A stretch of 64,000 nt of DNA from the NCBI RefSeq assembly GCF_006345805.1, contig NC_043000.1, positions 140,678,001 to 140,742,000 of the forward strand, in the 5' to 3' direction. Shown here one piece after another: positions 13,235-25,854 of this stretch; within the stretch, counting starts at the first letter, position 1, and the number at the start of each line of letters is the position of its first letter. This DNA comes from Octopus sinensis (taxonomy: Eukaryota). Made by a program: the position numbers and the translations under genes. The notes under the pieces are model-generated. The model worked only from the letters and a program-made list of their open reading frames with translations, had not been told where the DNA came from and made no database searches.

Positions 13235-13632
13235 TTTACTCATTTGCTTGTTTCAGTCATTTGACTGCAGCCATGCTGGAGCACCACCTTTAGTTGAGCA
13301 AATCGACCCTAGGACTTATTCTTTGTAAGCCTAGTACTTATTCTATCAGTCTCTTATGCTGAACCGCTAAGTAATGGGGATGTAAACATACACGCATCAG
13401 TTGTCAAGCGATGCTGGGGGGACAAACACAGATACACAAACACACACATATATACATATACATATATATGACAGGCTTCTTTCAAATTCCGTCTACCAAA
13501 TCCAATCACGAGGCTTTGGTCGGCCCAACGCTATAGAAGAAGACACTTGCTAAAAGTGTCACGCAGTGGGACTGAACCCGGAACCATGTGGTTCGTAAGC
13601 AAGCTACTTACCACACAGTCACTCCTATGCCC
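13235..13632 (-). mobile_element. SINE family A
   Basis: Reverse-complement match to family A. Confidence 0.88.
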
Positions 13633-13959
13633 AGGATTTTGTAGAGTTTTATTAATTCAGTATCCAATAATACAGTGGTTGTTCAGCACTCATATGTGTT
13701 GTATCAATTTTATTCTCAACTCAAGAACCCTCACTGCCCATCTATGTCACTCTGCCATTCAATGCACTTAAGAAAATGGACTGTGTCTTTGCCTTTACTT
13801 GAGTGTTGTTCTTTCCTAAGTGAGTATGCGTTACACGATCAAAAAGAATAAATAATTTAAGCAAGATATGAAAAGAAAGCACATAAGTCTCATATTGCAC
13901 ACGCAAAATGAAATAATAGGTTTGAAAATAGATGAAAACTGGAATGCTTTTGAGCATGA

Positions 13960-14180
13960 ATATGACATAAGTTTGTCAACAATTTATAACATTAAGTAAC
14001 AAAAGAACAAATTGATGCAATTTATGGATGATTCAGAGACAAGTAAAAGTGTTGATGTGCAGCAAACATATAACTATTCAGAACTGGATGTAGTATAAGT
14101 GGTTTATTGCAAAGTGATTTGAGAGCTTGACAATTTCAGAATCAATAGTCAATGAAAATAGCAAGCAATTACACAAAGAT
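13960..14180 (+). pseudogene. decayed Tigger/pogo (CENP-B HTH) transposase fragment
   Basis: Manual translation YDISLSTIYNIK*QKNKL...ELD..YKWF, broken by stops and frameshifts. Confidence 0.45.
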
Positions 14181-14217
14181 GTGGGTATCACAGCAACTTG
14201 TGTTTTTAAATAATAAA

Positions 14218-14466
14218 ATAAATGCGCCCTTTTAAAACCTAACCAGGATCATGGGCCCGGTTTCCGGTTTCAATGGCGTATGTGTTCCCCAGCTATACGG
14301 GATGCCAGTCCATCGCAGTGTTACTCATTTTTGCCAGCTGAGTGGATTGGAGCAATGTGAAATGAAGTGTTTGCTCAAGAACACAACGCATGGCCAGGTC
14401 CAAGAATCGAAACCACAATCTTACGATCGTGGTGCTGACACCCTAACCACTAAGCCATGCGCCTCC
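14218..14466 (-). mobile_element. tRNA-derived SINE family D (CORE-like plus V-like central domains)
   Basis: Head GGAGGCGCATGGCTTAGTGGTTAGG...GGTTTCGATTC, then TGTGTTCTTGAGCAAACACTT and CTGCGATGGACTGGCATCCCG. Second copy at 60014-60263. Confidence 0.8.
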
Positions 14467-14610
14467 ACACTTGTGTTTTTTAGGTGGTCTAAAATATGAG
14501 AGGACATCTATAAACTTCATTTGTCCAATTGAAAGAATTTAGCAAATATTCTTGGTGCAGATATGTATTATTATGCAGGTGTGAGCATGCACGCCCTCCC
14601 CTGCTACATA

Positions 14611-15479
14611 CAGAGTGTTCAGGCTAAATTTAATGGTTTGCATAAAAGAAAAAGTAAAGACATTATCCCCTTCAAAAATAAAACTATTCATAAAACAATA
14701 AAAAAATATCAATTAAATTGTAGCTGGGGGTAATAGATTACTCAAACTAGCAACCCTCAGCTTCCTCCGTAACTTGAAGATAGCTCCAGAATCTAACACA
14801 TGCATTCTTCATTGAGTTCCTGGGAAGATCTTCAAACACCTCCATGATATTGGCTACCAGCTCAGGCTTAGTGTTGCAAGCACAGCAGTTAGTGTCTTTC
14901 TCAACCATGTGACACATTTCGTAATCCACAGAATTACAATGGAGCGAACAAGGAGTCCGGAAATTGGAGCTGGTAAAGTCATAGAAATTCTTCAACAACC
15001 ACACTTTACTCTTTCCAGAGGCATGGCAAGGACCTAAATCCTGTTGTGACATATATGGCATTCCAGCAGCAACTCTTTCCAGCTAGGGATTGATTACAGT
15101 CTCCAGCAGCTTCACAAAAGCTGTCTGCCTAAGGCTATGTTCACAGATGTGGGTATCAATCCTGGAATGCAGACATGGTCAGAATGTCTGCTGTGTCCTT
15201 TCCTGCTGGTCATGGCTTCCTTTTCTCTGATGCAGCTGTTCATGCTATGTCTTTGAGTAGCAATAATGTTGTTGGCATTTTGATATTTGTTGCGAATCAT
15301 CATGAAACAAGTAACTTTTTTCTAATACACAGACAACTTCAGGTCCTGCATGCCAGCTAACCTTTTCTCAATTACAGCTTTCATTTTTATGCTCTTAAAT
15401 GCATCAACTGTTTACCAATGAATCCAGCTGTTCTGGAAAAAGGGGGTAAAAATTCATCAAATTTGGCCTGGAAACTCTG
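14611..15479 (-). mobile_element. decayed Tc1/mariner DD37D (maT-like) transposon with TIRs
   Basis: Left TIR TA|CAGAGTGTTCAGGCTAAATTT matches the reverse complement of AAATTTGGCCTGGAAACTCTG. ORF 14747-15061 has QQDLGPCHAS with 37 residues between that D and the D of CNSVDY. Confidence 0.75.
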
Positions 15480-15506
15480 GGTATATATATATATATATAT
15501 ATATAT

Positions 15507-16922
15507 CAATTCATTTTGCGAAAATTTAAAAATAGAGGGCGGTTTATATAGGGATGACCTTCTACTAATTACTAAGAATTGCACTAATAGGAACCTAGAT
15601 GTATATAAGAAAAAACTTTATAGTTTCTTTAAAAGATATGGTTTAAGTATCACTATATATAATGAGAATTTTAATGTTAATTATTAAGATGTTAATTTTA
15701 ATCTAATTACAGGTAAAACACAACCATATCATAAACTTAATGAGAACCTTAGATATATAAATGTTAATAGTAATCACCCACCATCAATTAAAAAATCGTT
15801 GATTAATAATATAAGTAAACGTATATCATTACTTTCTTATGATTTAGAGATTTTTAATAAACATGCTCCTTATTACAATGAGGCCCTTAGAGAGGCAGGT
15901 TATAATAGTAATATTAAATTTTTTATTAAAAATAAAGATAAAGATATAACTAATAATATTAGAGATAAAAATATTAATAATAATTATAATAATTTTGTTA
16001 GTAATAGTGGTAATAATATTAGAAATTATAAAAATAAAAATAATATAAATAAAAATAAGAATAAAAATAAAATAAAATTAATAACTTTAATAATTCTTTA
16101 AATGTTAATTATAAATATAAATCTGATAATAATAATATTAATATGATAAAGAAATATAATAATAACAATAATAATGACAGTTTTAATAATAAGAAGAAGG
16201 AAAATAAGAATAAAATTTGGTTAATAGTTCCTTATGGTGCTCAAGTTAAAACGAACATTATTAAAGAGATTTTAGATATTATTGAACTATTTATTCGAGA
16301 TAATCGTAAATATAAAAACATTTTCTCTAGTAATAATTTTGGAGTAGGTTATTCCACCACTAATAGTGTAGGTAACATTATTTCTTCCTTTAACAAATTT
16401 AAACTGAATAGTTTTTATAAAAATAAATTATATAATAATACCAATAATAAAGACAAGACACTAATTAACTGTACATATAGAGATAAAACTAAATGTAAAT
16501 TAAATAATAAATGTGATATTAACGATGTAGTGTATAAATGTACAGTTACATCACATGATAAGAATAATAAGAATAATAATAACTCAAACGCGATATATGT
16601 AGAGTCCACTTCCTCTAAAATAAAATTAAGAATCGCACAACATATGAATTCATTTAAAAATAAAAACTTAATTAACTCCACTGGATTTAGCAAGTACATT
16701 TGGAGACTTAAATCCCAAATTATTAATTATAATTTATCTTGGGAAATAATTAGCAAAACTAAATCATATACTATAGGAGCGAATTTTTGTTATTTATGTT
16801 CTAATGAGTTTAAGGAAATTTTATTTTATAAGCATGATAATTTACTGAATACCTGTGATGATCGCAAAATAAAATGCAGACACAAGTTACTTTACTTATA
16901 TAATAAATTTCTTGATAAATAA
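15507..16922 (+). mobile_element. Penelope-like element: C-terminal RT plus GIY-YIG endonuclease, 5'-truncated and disrupted
   Basis: GGLYRDDLLLI (RT), YINVNSNHPP, YNEALREAGY, then CTYRDKTKCKLNNKC..VVYKCTV..YVESTSS..R..QHMNSF..CYLC..LLN..KCRHK. One in-frame stop near 15687 and a frameshift near 16100. Confidence 0.88.
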
Positions 16923-17379
16923 TGATTATTTCTTAGCCTTAATTAGCTCCCTATTTGTTGTTTTATGTAATAGTATTATAAATATACCAGGTGATTTGTA
17001 GTACTTATTATATTAGTTCATTTTAGTTATTTAGGCTCTGTTTTTAATTATAGTTAGATTATAGATGGTTGTTCCTTTTATTACTAAATATATTTTTAAT
17101 AAATATTTAATGGTTTATTGAATATAGAGTCTGGTAAGTTACAATTTTATTTATTTTATATATTTTGTTATATTTCTATTATAACTTCGTTAAAATATAA
17201 TTTTGTTATATCAATCTATTTGTATGTAATCTCTTTATATTTGAAATAGTTTTATTTAGTTGTTTATTTAATCCATTTTATTTAATATAGAAGTATAAAT
17301 TAGTAGATTAATTTTTTAGATTTAACTTAATATTTACCTCTATTTTGTATTGTAGTATGATTATAGACATTTATATATC

Positions 17380-17700
17380 TATTTATTTTATAATATATGT
17401 GGATGTGTGTGTATGTATATATGTGTATATGATGATGTGTGTGTATATACATATATATATATATGTATATACATTTATTTATGTGTATGGGTGTGTATAT
17501 ATAGGTGTAAGTGTATATATTGAGTATTGTATGTATGTACATGTATGTATGAGTGTGCATATGTGTATGGGTGTATGTGTGTGTGTATATATGTATATGA
17601 ATGTATGTGTGTGTGTATATGTATATATATATGTATATATATATATGTATGTATATGTATGTATATTTTCTTATATATTTATGTATACGTATGTATAGTT
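17380..17700. repeat. degenerate (TA/TG)n microsatellite
   Basis: Directly visible. Confidence 0.85.
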
Positions 17701-18926
17701 ATACTACACATTTTGATAAGTATTTATAGATTTTGCTATGATCATTAATTTTAGCTTATAATTATAAGGGCATGGGAAAGAATTTATAGTATGTAGAGGG
17801 GTTACTATATAAATTAATTTTTATATATTTATTAATCTTATAAGATTTTTAGAATATATTTGATAATTAGTGGTTTTTAATCATTTAATTTATTTTGTAT
17901 TAAGATTCATTTATCATAGTCATTTTATTAATAAATATTATAGTATAGAGAGATTTTATTCTTTATTTGTGAATTCATTCTTTTTACAATGATAAACAAA
18001 TAATTTTCCATTCATAATCTTTAATAAACGTAGGTTCCTCACGCGTAATGAATTCTTCAACAATTTATTCTTTTCTTTTGCTAATAATTTAATTCCACGA
18101 GTATTCTTATAAACTCTGTAAAAGACGTTTTTTGATTCAAAATTTTAGTTCATTGATTAAGCCTCGCCAAGTTAAGTATATATTTATTTAAGATCTTCAA
18201 ATTGTAAATTTTAATATTGTATAAGCCTTTGGAGTAATAATATTCTACATATGTAAATATCGTTGTTTATTTAATGATCTAATTATCGTAATTTTCTATA
18301 TTATTAGAAATTAAATTTAAGTTTATTCGTAAGATACTTCTTAGCGATACATTTATTATTTGATAGCAAGCATACTAGGTGTATTAAGTTAGGCTTTGTA
18401 TATACATGTTTTAATAGTATTAATTGTAGATTTAAATTTATAATTAAATTAGATAAACTTTGATAAACTTAGATATGTTTCGAATAAAGATTGGTCTAGG
18501 CCATGTCTAATTTAATAGCATAACTTAGATATTTCTTTAAATATATATTCGATAATTATTCCCATTCATAATTATATTTAAAGTACTTATAGTATTTATT
18601 CGATACTATATTACTAAGAATTGATTATTTCTAAAGGTATTTTACATAAGATTTCTGAAAGTTCGTTTAAGTTAGATTATTTGTATTTTGAAATTAGCTA
18701 TTTCATCTTTAAATATGAAAAATTTATTAGGTTTTTATTATATACAATTATTTATAGAGATTATTTTAGATCTTGATTATATATTTATATATATATTTTC
18801 ATTGATAATTTATATATATTAGTCATTTTAAATATTTATGTAATTAGATACAGACTAATATTGATATTAGAATATGTGTTTCCAACCTTATAAATTGAAA
18901 TTAATATTTAAGATTATAGTCGATTT

Positions 18927-19026
18927 NNNNNNNNNNNNNNNNNNNNNNNNNNNNNNNNNNNNNNNNNNNNNNNNNNNNNNNNNNNNNNNNNNNNNNNNNN
19001 NNNNNNNNNNNNNNNNNNNNNNNNNN
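18927..19026. other. assembly gap (100 N)
   Basis: Run of N. Confidence 1.
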
Positions 19027-21872
19027 AGGAGTCATGGAGGTTTGCTATGTACATCCGTGAGGACCTCACACACCAGGTCCTCTTGTCATACTCAAACTCG
19101 GTGTGTGAACACTAATTGTAAATATTAGGCAACTTGATGTAGTTGTGTGTGCTACATATCGCCCTCCAGATGCCACAAGCCATGTGGGCAAGTTTGAAGA
19201 CTGCCTTATAAAATAGAAGAAATTCTAACCACATTAGAACAACACATAGGTGTGCTTCTTATGGGAGACTTCAATCTGCCAATGTCAGATGGCCCGAGGG
19301 CCTTTCTCTCCCAGGAATGACAAGATGTGAACGAGGACAGGCGAGGTCCCTCCTGAACCTCATCAACACCCTGTACATGGAGCAGGTAATACTCAACCAA
19401 CCAGGGCAGGAAACACACTGGATCTCTGCTTCACAAATGACATGGATCTCATCCATAATGTGAAAGTGACACCGACACTACTCTCGGATCACAACATGAT
19501 AGAGCTGACCATGTACGGGCCAAAAGAGAGCACGGACATGCAGCCTACAAGAACCCTCAAATCTCTTCCAGCTTGAACTACCATAAGGCAAACTGGAAAC
19601 AATTGAGAAAGAGATCCTCAAACAAAACTGGCCTAAATGTCTCTCCTCGCCAGACATCGACGTGAAACTTCAACAATCATGTCTGTAATGCAAGCCATAT
19701 GCTACAAATGTGTCCCAGAGAGAAAGGCCACTGTACACAAGAACAAAATCCCCAGAGAGAGGAAAATTTTATGAGACGGCGTACGAAATTTTCAAATCGC
19801 CTAACAAACAAACAGAGAAGCAGTGTGAAAGTCCCGCCTAAAAATAAAACTGTTGGAATCGAAAAATGTCTGCAACTCTCCCATGAAAAAGAAAGAGCAG
19901 ACAAAGAAGCCTGGGCTATAGAAAACATAAAATCTAACCCCAGAGCTTTCTACAGGTATGCCAAAGAAACAGCTACAGTGCACTGTAGAATAGGGCCACT
20001 CCTCGAAAAGGATGGCACACTTACAGGAAAACCAATGAGGGTAAGTGAAATACTGAATGAGCAATTCAAGAGTGTTTTCACTCCACCCCTTGGGCATCTC
20101 CAAATCACCAATCCAACTGACTTTTTTACCACTGCAGATATAAAATCAGAGGCGGCGACGATAGATACATCGATATAAAGGAGACGATGTAACCAAGGCT
20201 ATAGATGAAATGAAAACAGACTCAGCTACTGGCCCCGATGGATTCCGGCAATCCTCCTAAAAGCATGTAAGAGAGTCTAGCAAGACCACTGCAGTTCCTC
20301 TTTCAGAGCTTCCTTGCAGCTGGCAAACTTCCAGGAAAACTGAAGGAAGGTAAAATATGCCCATTCATAAAGGAGGGGTAGCAGAGCGAAGCCAAGAACT
20401 ATAGACCTATCTCTCTGACCTCACACATCAGCAAGGTCATGGAACGAATAGTCAGAAGGAAGCTGATCACCTTCCTTGAAGAGAATGACTTGCTGCCCGA
20501 CACCCAACATGGTTTCCGACCAGGGAGAAGCTGTTTAACTCAGCTCCTACAACACTATGACTGGGTGCTGAAACGGCTGCTCAACCACTCAAATGTGGAA
20601 GTGATATATCTCGACTTTGCAAAGGCCTTTGATAAAGTCGATCATGGAATGATATGTCACAAAACTGCGTGATCTCAACATAGTTGGAAAACTGGGAGAA
20701 TGGCTTCATGACTTTCTGAAGGATAGAAGTCAGGTGGTAGTAGCCAATGGGGCCACCTCCATTAACACACAAATAGTGAGCGGTGTTCCGCAGGGCACTG
20801 TTCTGGGACCACTACTGTCATAATGGCCCTCTCAGACATGCCCTCAGCCACGCAGAGAGCCACGATCACAAGTTATGCAGATGATACAAAAGTTTCACAG
20901 GCAATACAGAACCCTGAGGACACTAAACACCTGCAATGTGAGCTGGACGAAATATACAAGTGGGCTGAAAGAATAGCATGCAGTTCAATGCTGGAAAGTT
21001 TCAAGCTTTATACTATCAGCATGCAAAACTGAATGCAATACCCAATGAATACACTGGACCCGGAGGGATTGCAATCCCAGAGGCACAATCAGTGCGTGAC
21101 CTGGGTATTCACATGAGTGATGACGCGACTTTCATGTACATGTTGCTAACTGACAATGAAATGTAGACGGCTGGCTGGATGGATTCTAGAACCTTTAGAA
21201 CAAGAGAACAAGAAACCATGATGGTCCTCTGGAAGACACTTGTCCTAAGCCACTTTGATATTGCTCTCAGCTATGGTCACATCCAGTGTCAAGTTGATCA
21301 CAGAATTGAGGCGATCCAACGAAGCTACACGAAGAAGATAGCCTCTATGCAGAATGTAAGCTACTGGGAAAGACTCAAGAGATTAAAATTATATTCCCTG
21401 GAGCGTAGGCGGGAAAGATATGCCATAATATACATCTGGAAGATCCTGGAGGGAAGTGTCCTGAACTTTGGCATCGAGATACGCAAATGCCAGAACTGGG
21501 CGCCACTGCGTCTGCCTAGGACTCCAAACCTGCCATCAAGATGTAGGACAAGATTCTGTGATAGCCTGGGCTTCCGAGGCCCACAGCTCTTCATATCCTC
21601 CGAAGAACCTGAGAGACCTGCATGGGGTGGATACAGATGTCTTTAAAATGAAGCTGGATCTTTTCCTGTCAGGTGTCCCAGATGAACCAACTTCACGGCA
21701 GGAGGGGCAGATGAGGGCAGCTGCATCGAACTCTCTCATGCACCAAATAGCAGTTGCTAGAAAGCCTCCATGAAGTGAAACCAAGTAGCAACACCAAATG
21801 GCGGTGCCCAGCATGGCCACAGCTCATAGTGACTGAAACTAGAATCAATCAATCAAAATCAATCAATCAATC
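19027..21872 (+). mobile_element. CR1-group LINE: ORF2 (APE endonuclease plus RT), frameshifted, with 3' UTR and (AATC)n tail
   Basis: APE motifs YRPPD, GDFNL, NTLDL, SDHN; RT motifs TGPDG, NYRPISLTS, QHGFRPGRSC, YLDFAKAFDKVDH, SGVPQGTVLGP, YADDTK; C-terminal LYSLERRRERY. Confidence 0.93.
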
Positions 21873-21879
21873 ATCTATA

Positions 21880-22246
21880 ATGTATAGATTATATATATTA
21901 TTATATATATCTATATGTATAATATATATTTATATATATATATTAGATATATATATATGTATATATATATATGTATATATATATATATGTATATATAATA
22001 TATGTATATATATATAGATGTATAATATATATATGTATATTGTGTATATATATATGTATATGTATATAGATATATAATGTATGTATATTATATATGTATG
22101 TCTATATATATATGTATGTATATATATATATGTATGTAGATAATATATATATGTATAATATATATATATGTATGTATATATATATATGTATGTATATATA
22201 TATATATAATGTATATATATATATGTATGTATATATATATATATAG

Positions 22247-22295
<49 letters not shown>

Positions 22296-22351
22296 TATAT
22301 ATATATACATTATATATATGTATATATATATATATATGTATATAATATATA
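21880..22351. repeat. (TA)n-rich microsatellite
   Basis: Directly visible. Confidence 0.9.
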
Positions 22352-23185
22352 TCGAAATCGAAACCGAATTGAACCAGCCAGGATCCCTGGCCTGGTGGTA
22401 CGTAAAAAGCACTATCCGACTCGTGCCGTGGCACGTAAAACTCCAATGCGACCGCGACAGGCACCCATTCCAACCCCCTTTGCTTGTGAAGACATGTTGG
22501 GGCAAGCGAAATCGAAATCGAATTGAACCAGCCAGGATCCCTGGTCTGGTGGTATGTAAAAAGCACTATCCGACTCGTGGCCGTGGCCACGTAAAATACT
22601 CCAATGCGACCGTACGACAGGCCCCATGCCACAACCCCCTTTGCTTGTGAAGACAGTTGGGGCAAGCGAAATCGAAATCGAATTGAACCAGCCAGGATCC
22701 CTGGTCTGGTGGTATGTAAAAAGCACTATCCGACTCGTGGCCGTGGCACGTAAAATACTCCAATGCGACCGTACGACAGGCACCCTTGCCAACCCCCTTT
22801 GCTTGTGAAAACATGTTGGGGCAAGCGAAATTGAAATCGAATTGAACCAGCCAGGATCCCTGGTCTGGTGGTACGTAAAAAGCACTATCCGACTCGTGGC
22901 CGATGCCAGCACCGCCTCGACTGGCTTCCGTGCCGGTGGCACATAAATACACCAATCTGACCGTGGCCGTTGCCAGCCCCGCCTGGCACCTGTGCAGTTG
23001 GCACGTAAAAAGCACCCACTACACTCACGGAGTGGTTGGCGTTAGGAAGGGCATCCAGCTGTAGAAACATTGCCAAATTAGACTGGAGCCTGGTGCAGCC
23101 TTCTGGCTTCCCAGAACCCCGGTCGAACCGTCCAACCCATGCTAGCATGGAGAACGGACGTTAAACGACGATGATGATGATGATG
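22352..23185 (+). mobile_element. RTE 3'-UTR (family E) preceded by about 3.5 tandem ~157-bp units
   Basis: Units start at about 22354, 22508, 22668 and 22827 (GAAATCGAAT..GAACCAGCCAGGATCCCTGG...GGGGCAAGC), followed by the standard family E end. Confidence 0.82.
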
Positions 23186-23214
23186 TATATATATATATGT
23201 ATGTATATATGTAT

Positions 23215-23248
<34 letters not shown>

Positions 23249-23277
23249 ATACATATATATATATATATATTTGTATG

Positions 23278-23312
<35 letters not shown>

Positions 23313-23313
23313 G

Positions 23314-24259
23314 TATATATAAACGGCAGTTTGTCTGTCTGTGTGTCTGTCAGGTTGTACCCTCACCCTGACCACGGCTTTCAACCGATTCTGATGAAAC
23401 TTGACACACACATAGCCCAATGTCATAATTCAAAACTAACGTAGTGAAAATTTTGAAAAGTTCCCCCAGTTCTGAAAAAAAATGATAAATTCGACACGGG
23501 GTCGAGAATCAGAAACACAAATCACAGACAGTCTAGGGGACGCAACTCGACCTTTTTAACTCTCAACTCCATCAATATCCAGCTACTTGAAGCTATTCCC
23601 GGTGATGTCCACGTCTACAAATCTATTGATAGGACAGCAGACCCTGCCGAGCTTGCCGATTATCCTGTTTAATTCCTGAATTCACTTGAACCGCCAGGCC
23701 TGCTGCCACACATCCTGAAGTTAAAAGTCGGTGCGCCCATTATGCTCATCAGGAATTTGGTTCCACCTAAACAGTGCAACGGCACACGTCTGGTTGTGAA
23801 ACATTTGCCACCACATTTAATAAAGGCCACAATACTTACCGGTTGTGGGAAGGGAGAGTACATCTTCATTCCACGCATGCACCTTCAACCGTCGGGCGCT
23901 GACCTACCAATCCACTTCAGGCATTCTCAGTTTCCTGTTAAACTCTGCTTCGCAATGTCCATCAATAAATCCCAAGGCCAAACGCTACAAGTCGCTGGGT
24001 TACAGTTGGGCAAACAATGCTTTGCCAACGGTCAACTCTACGTGGGCTGTTCACGCGTTGGGAGGCGCAATGATGTTTTCATGTTTTCGCCCAAAGGGAC
24101 AGCTAGGAACATCGTATACACAGAAGTATTCGAGTGAAGAGAAGACATTGCAACCTACACATGCGCCTTCGTTCCCTAGAGGGAAAGGACTAGATTGGGA
24201 TTAGTCGTTGCCTACTAGGGGCTCTTATATACCCGGGCAACACCGGGCTATGCTGCTAG
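23314..24259 (+). mobile_element. Helitron deletion derivative retaining the C-terminal PIF1-like helicase region
   Basis: First ~250 bp match the 24328 Helitron. Then [60 protein letters not shown]. Ends with hairpin CCCGGGCAACACCGGG and CTAG|T. Confidence 0.9.
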
Positions 24260-24327
24260 TGGTAAATAAACTGCTGTCTAAATTACACAAACATGAAGAT
24301 AATACTGACATCTCATTTTAACAGATA

Positions 24328-24710
24328 TCTCTCTCTATATAAACAGCAGTTTGTCTGTGCGTTTTCTGTGTGTCTGTTTTCTCGTACCCTCACTCTGACC
24401 ACGGCTTTCAACCGATTCTGATGAAACTTGACACACACATAGCCCAATGTCATAATTCAAAACTAACGCAGCGAAAATTTTGAAAAGTTCCCCCAGTTCT
24501 GAAAAAAATCGATAAATTCGACATGGGGTCGAGAATCAGAAACCCAAACCACAGACCGTCTAGGGGACGCAACTCCACCTTTTTTAACTCTCAAAAAAAT
24601 TTACCATCATTTTTTTCCCATTTTTTTGCTATTTTTTGGCTATAACTCTCTAAAAATACTTTATAGTTATTTCCCTTACAAACCTGAGCAACGCCGGGCG
24701 ATACTACTAG
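24328..24710 (+). mobile_element. non-autonomous Helitron
   Basis: A|TCTCTCTCTATATAAACAGCAG ... CCTGAGCAACGCCGGGCGATACTACTAG|T. Confidence 0.87.
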
Positions 24711-24833
24711 TATTTACTAAAAGAGTAAATTTATTCAATATATATGATGAGTCACCTATACAGCTAAGTGTCTGATAAGAGTGAAACCAAAGGTCACTCT
24801 CTGACTGGGCATAATAACGATCCTTCTAAATAT

Positions 24834-25005
24834 AGGCGCAGGAGTGGCTGTATGGTAAGTAGCTTGTTTACCAACCACATGGTTCCGGGTTCAGTCCCAC
24901 TGTGTGGCATCTTGGGCAAGTGTCTTCTACTATAGCCTCGGGCCGACCAAAGCCTTCTGAGTGGATTTGGTAGACGGAAACTGAAAGAAGCCCGTCGTAT
25001 ATATG

Positions 25006-25036
<31 letters not shown>

Positions 25037-25239
25037 CTGTGTTTGTCCCCCTAGCATTGCTTGACAACCGATGCTGGTGTGTTTATGTCCCCGTTACTTA
25101 GCGGTTTGGCAAAAGAGACCGATAGAATAAGTACTGGGCTTACAAAAAGAATAAGTTCCAGGGTCGAGTTGCTCGATTAAAGGCGGTGCTCCAGCATGGC
25201 CACAGTCAAATGACTGAAACAAGTAAAAGACTAAAAGAG
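24834..25239 (+). mobile_element. SINE family A, full length
   Basis: GGCGCAGGAGTGGCTG head through GTAAAAGA tail. Confidence 0.9.
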
Positions 25240-25854
25240 TGTACATACATGATTTATGTTTATGGTTTTTTTACAATGTATGTCATACTCCATTTGGACA
25301 TCAGTCTTCAGCGTATAAAAATCTAACACACCTCTCAGTTGTTTAGAGAACTGGTTATTCTCTTGATCACATTCATTGGAGAAATGCTTTATTTCAGACT
25401 AATAGTTGAGTCAACATGTGGGGGAACCGTTACAAATAACGTGATTAAACACGACATCGCTAATGCTGGAGGAGAACCTGCAGAAAAATATATTTAAAAA
25501 AAAAAAAAAATCAAATGAAATATGAGTAGTTGTAATTACAGAAGTTATCAAAATTATAAAATACATTTTTCTTGGGATTTAGAGCTGCATGACTTTTGCT
25601 GTTGCGTAACAACGGCAAAAACAGATTTTTTCTCTTGGTCATGAGAATAGAATTAAAATAAATGGGAAAAATTTCACACCAAGCTAAAATGTTTCCTGAC
25701 AAAAATTTTACCAACAAATATATTTGTTGAACACAAGAGGAGGTTTATAAATGTAATTTTATTCATAATTGTGACCAAAGTGTATAAATAATCGTATAAA
25801 ATCAGTCAAGAACACTTATAACTACAGCAAAGTAAATATAAATGATACAATGCG

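Noticed and set aside
21930-22665. Long YI-rich ORFs (also at 10840, 17345, 34890)
   Set aside because: Artefacts of (TA)n and (TG)n microsatellites.
22352-22900. Regularly spaced repeats suggesting a CRISPR array
   Set aside because: Whole units are repeated with no unique spacers; eukaryotic retroelement context with no cas genes.
23742-24137. Host PIF1 helicase gene
   Set aside because: Intronless fragment enclosed by Helitron termini.
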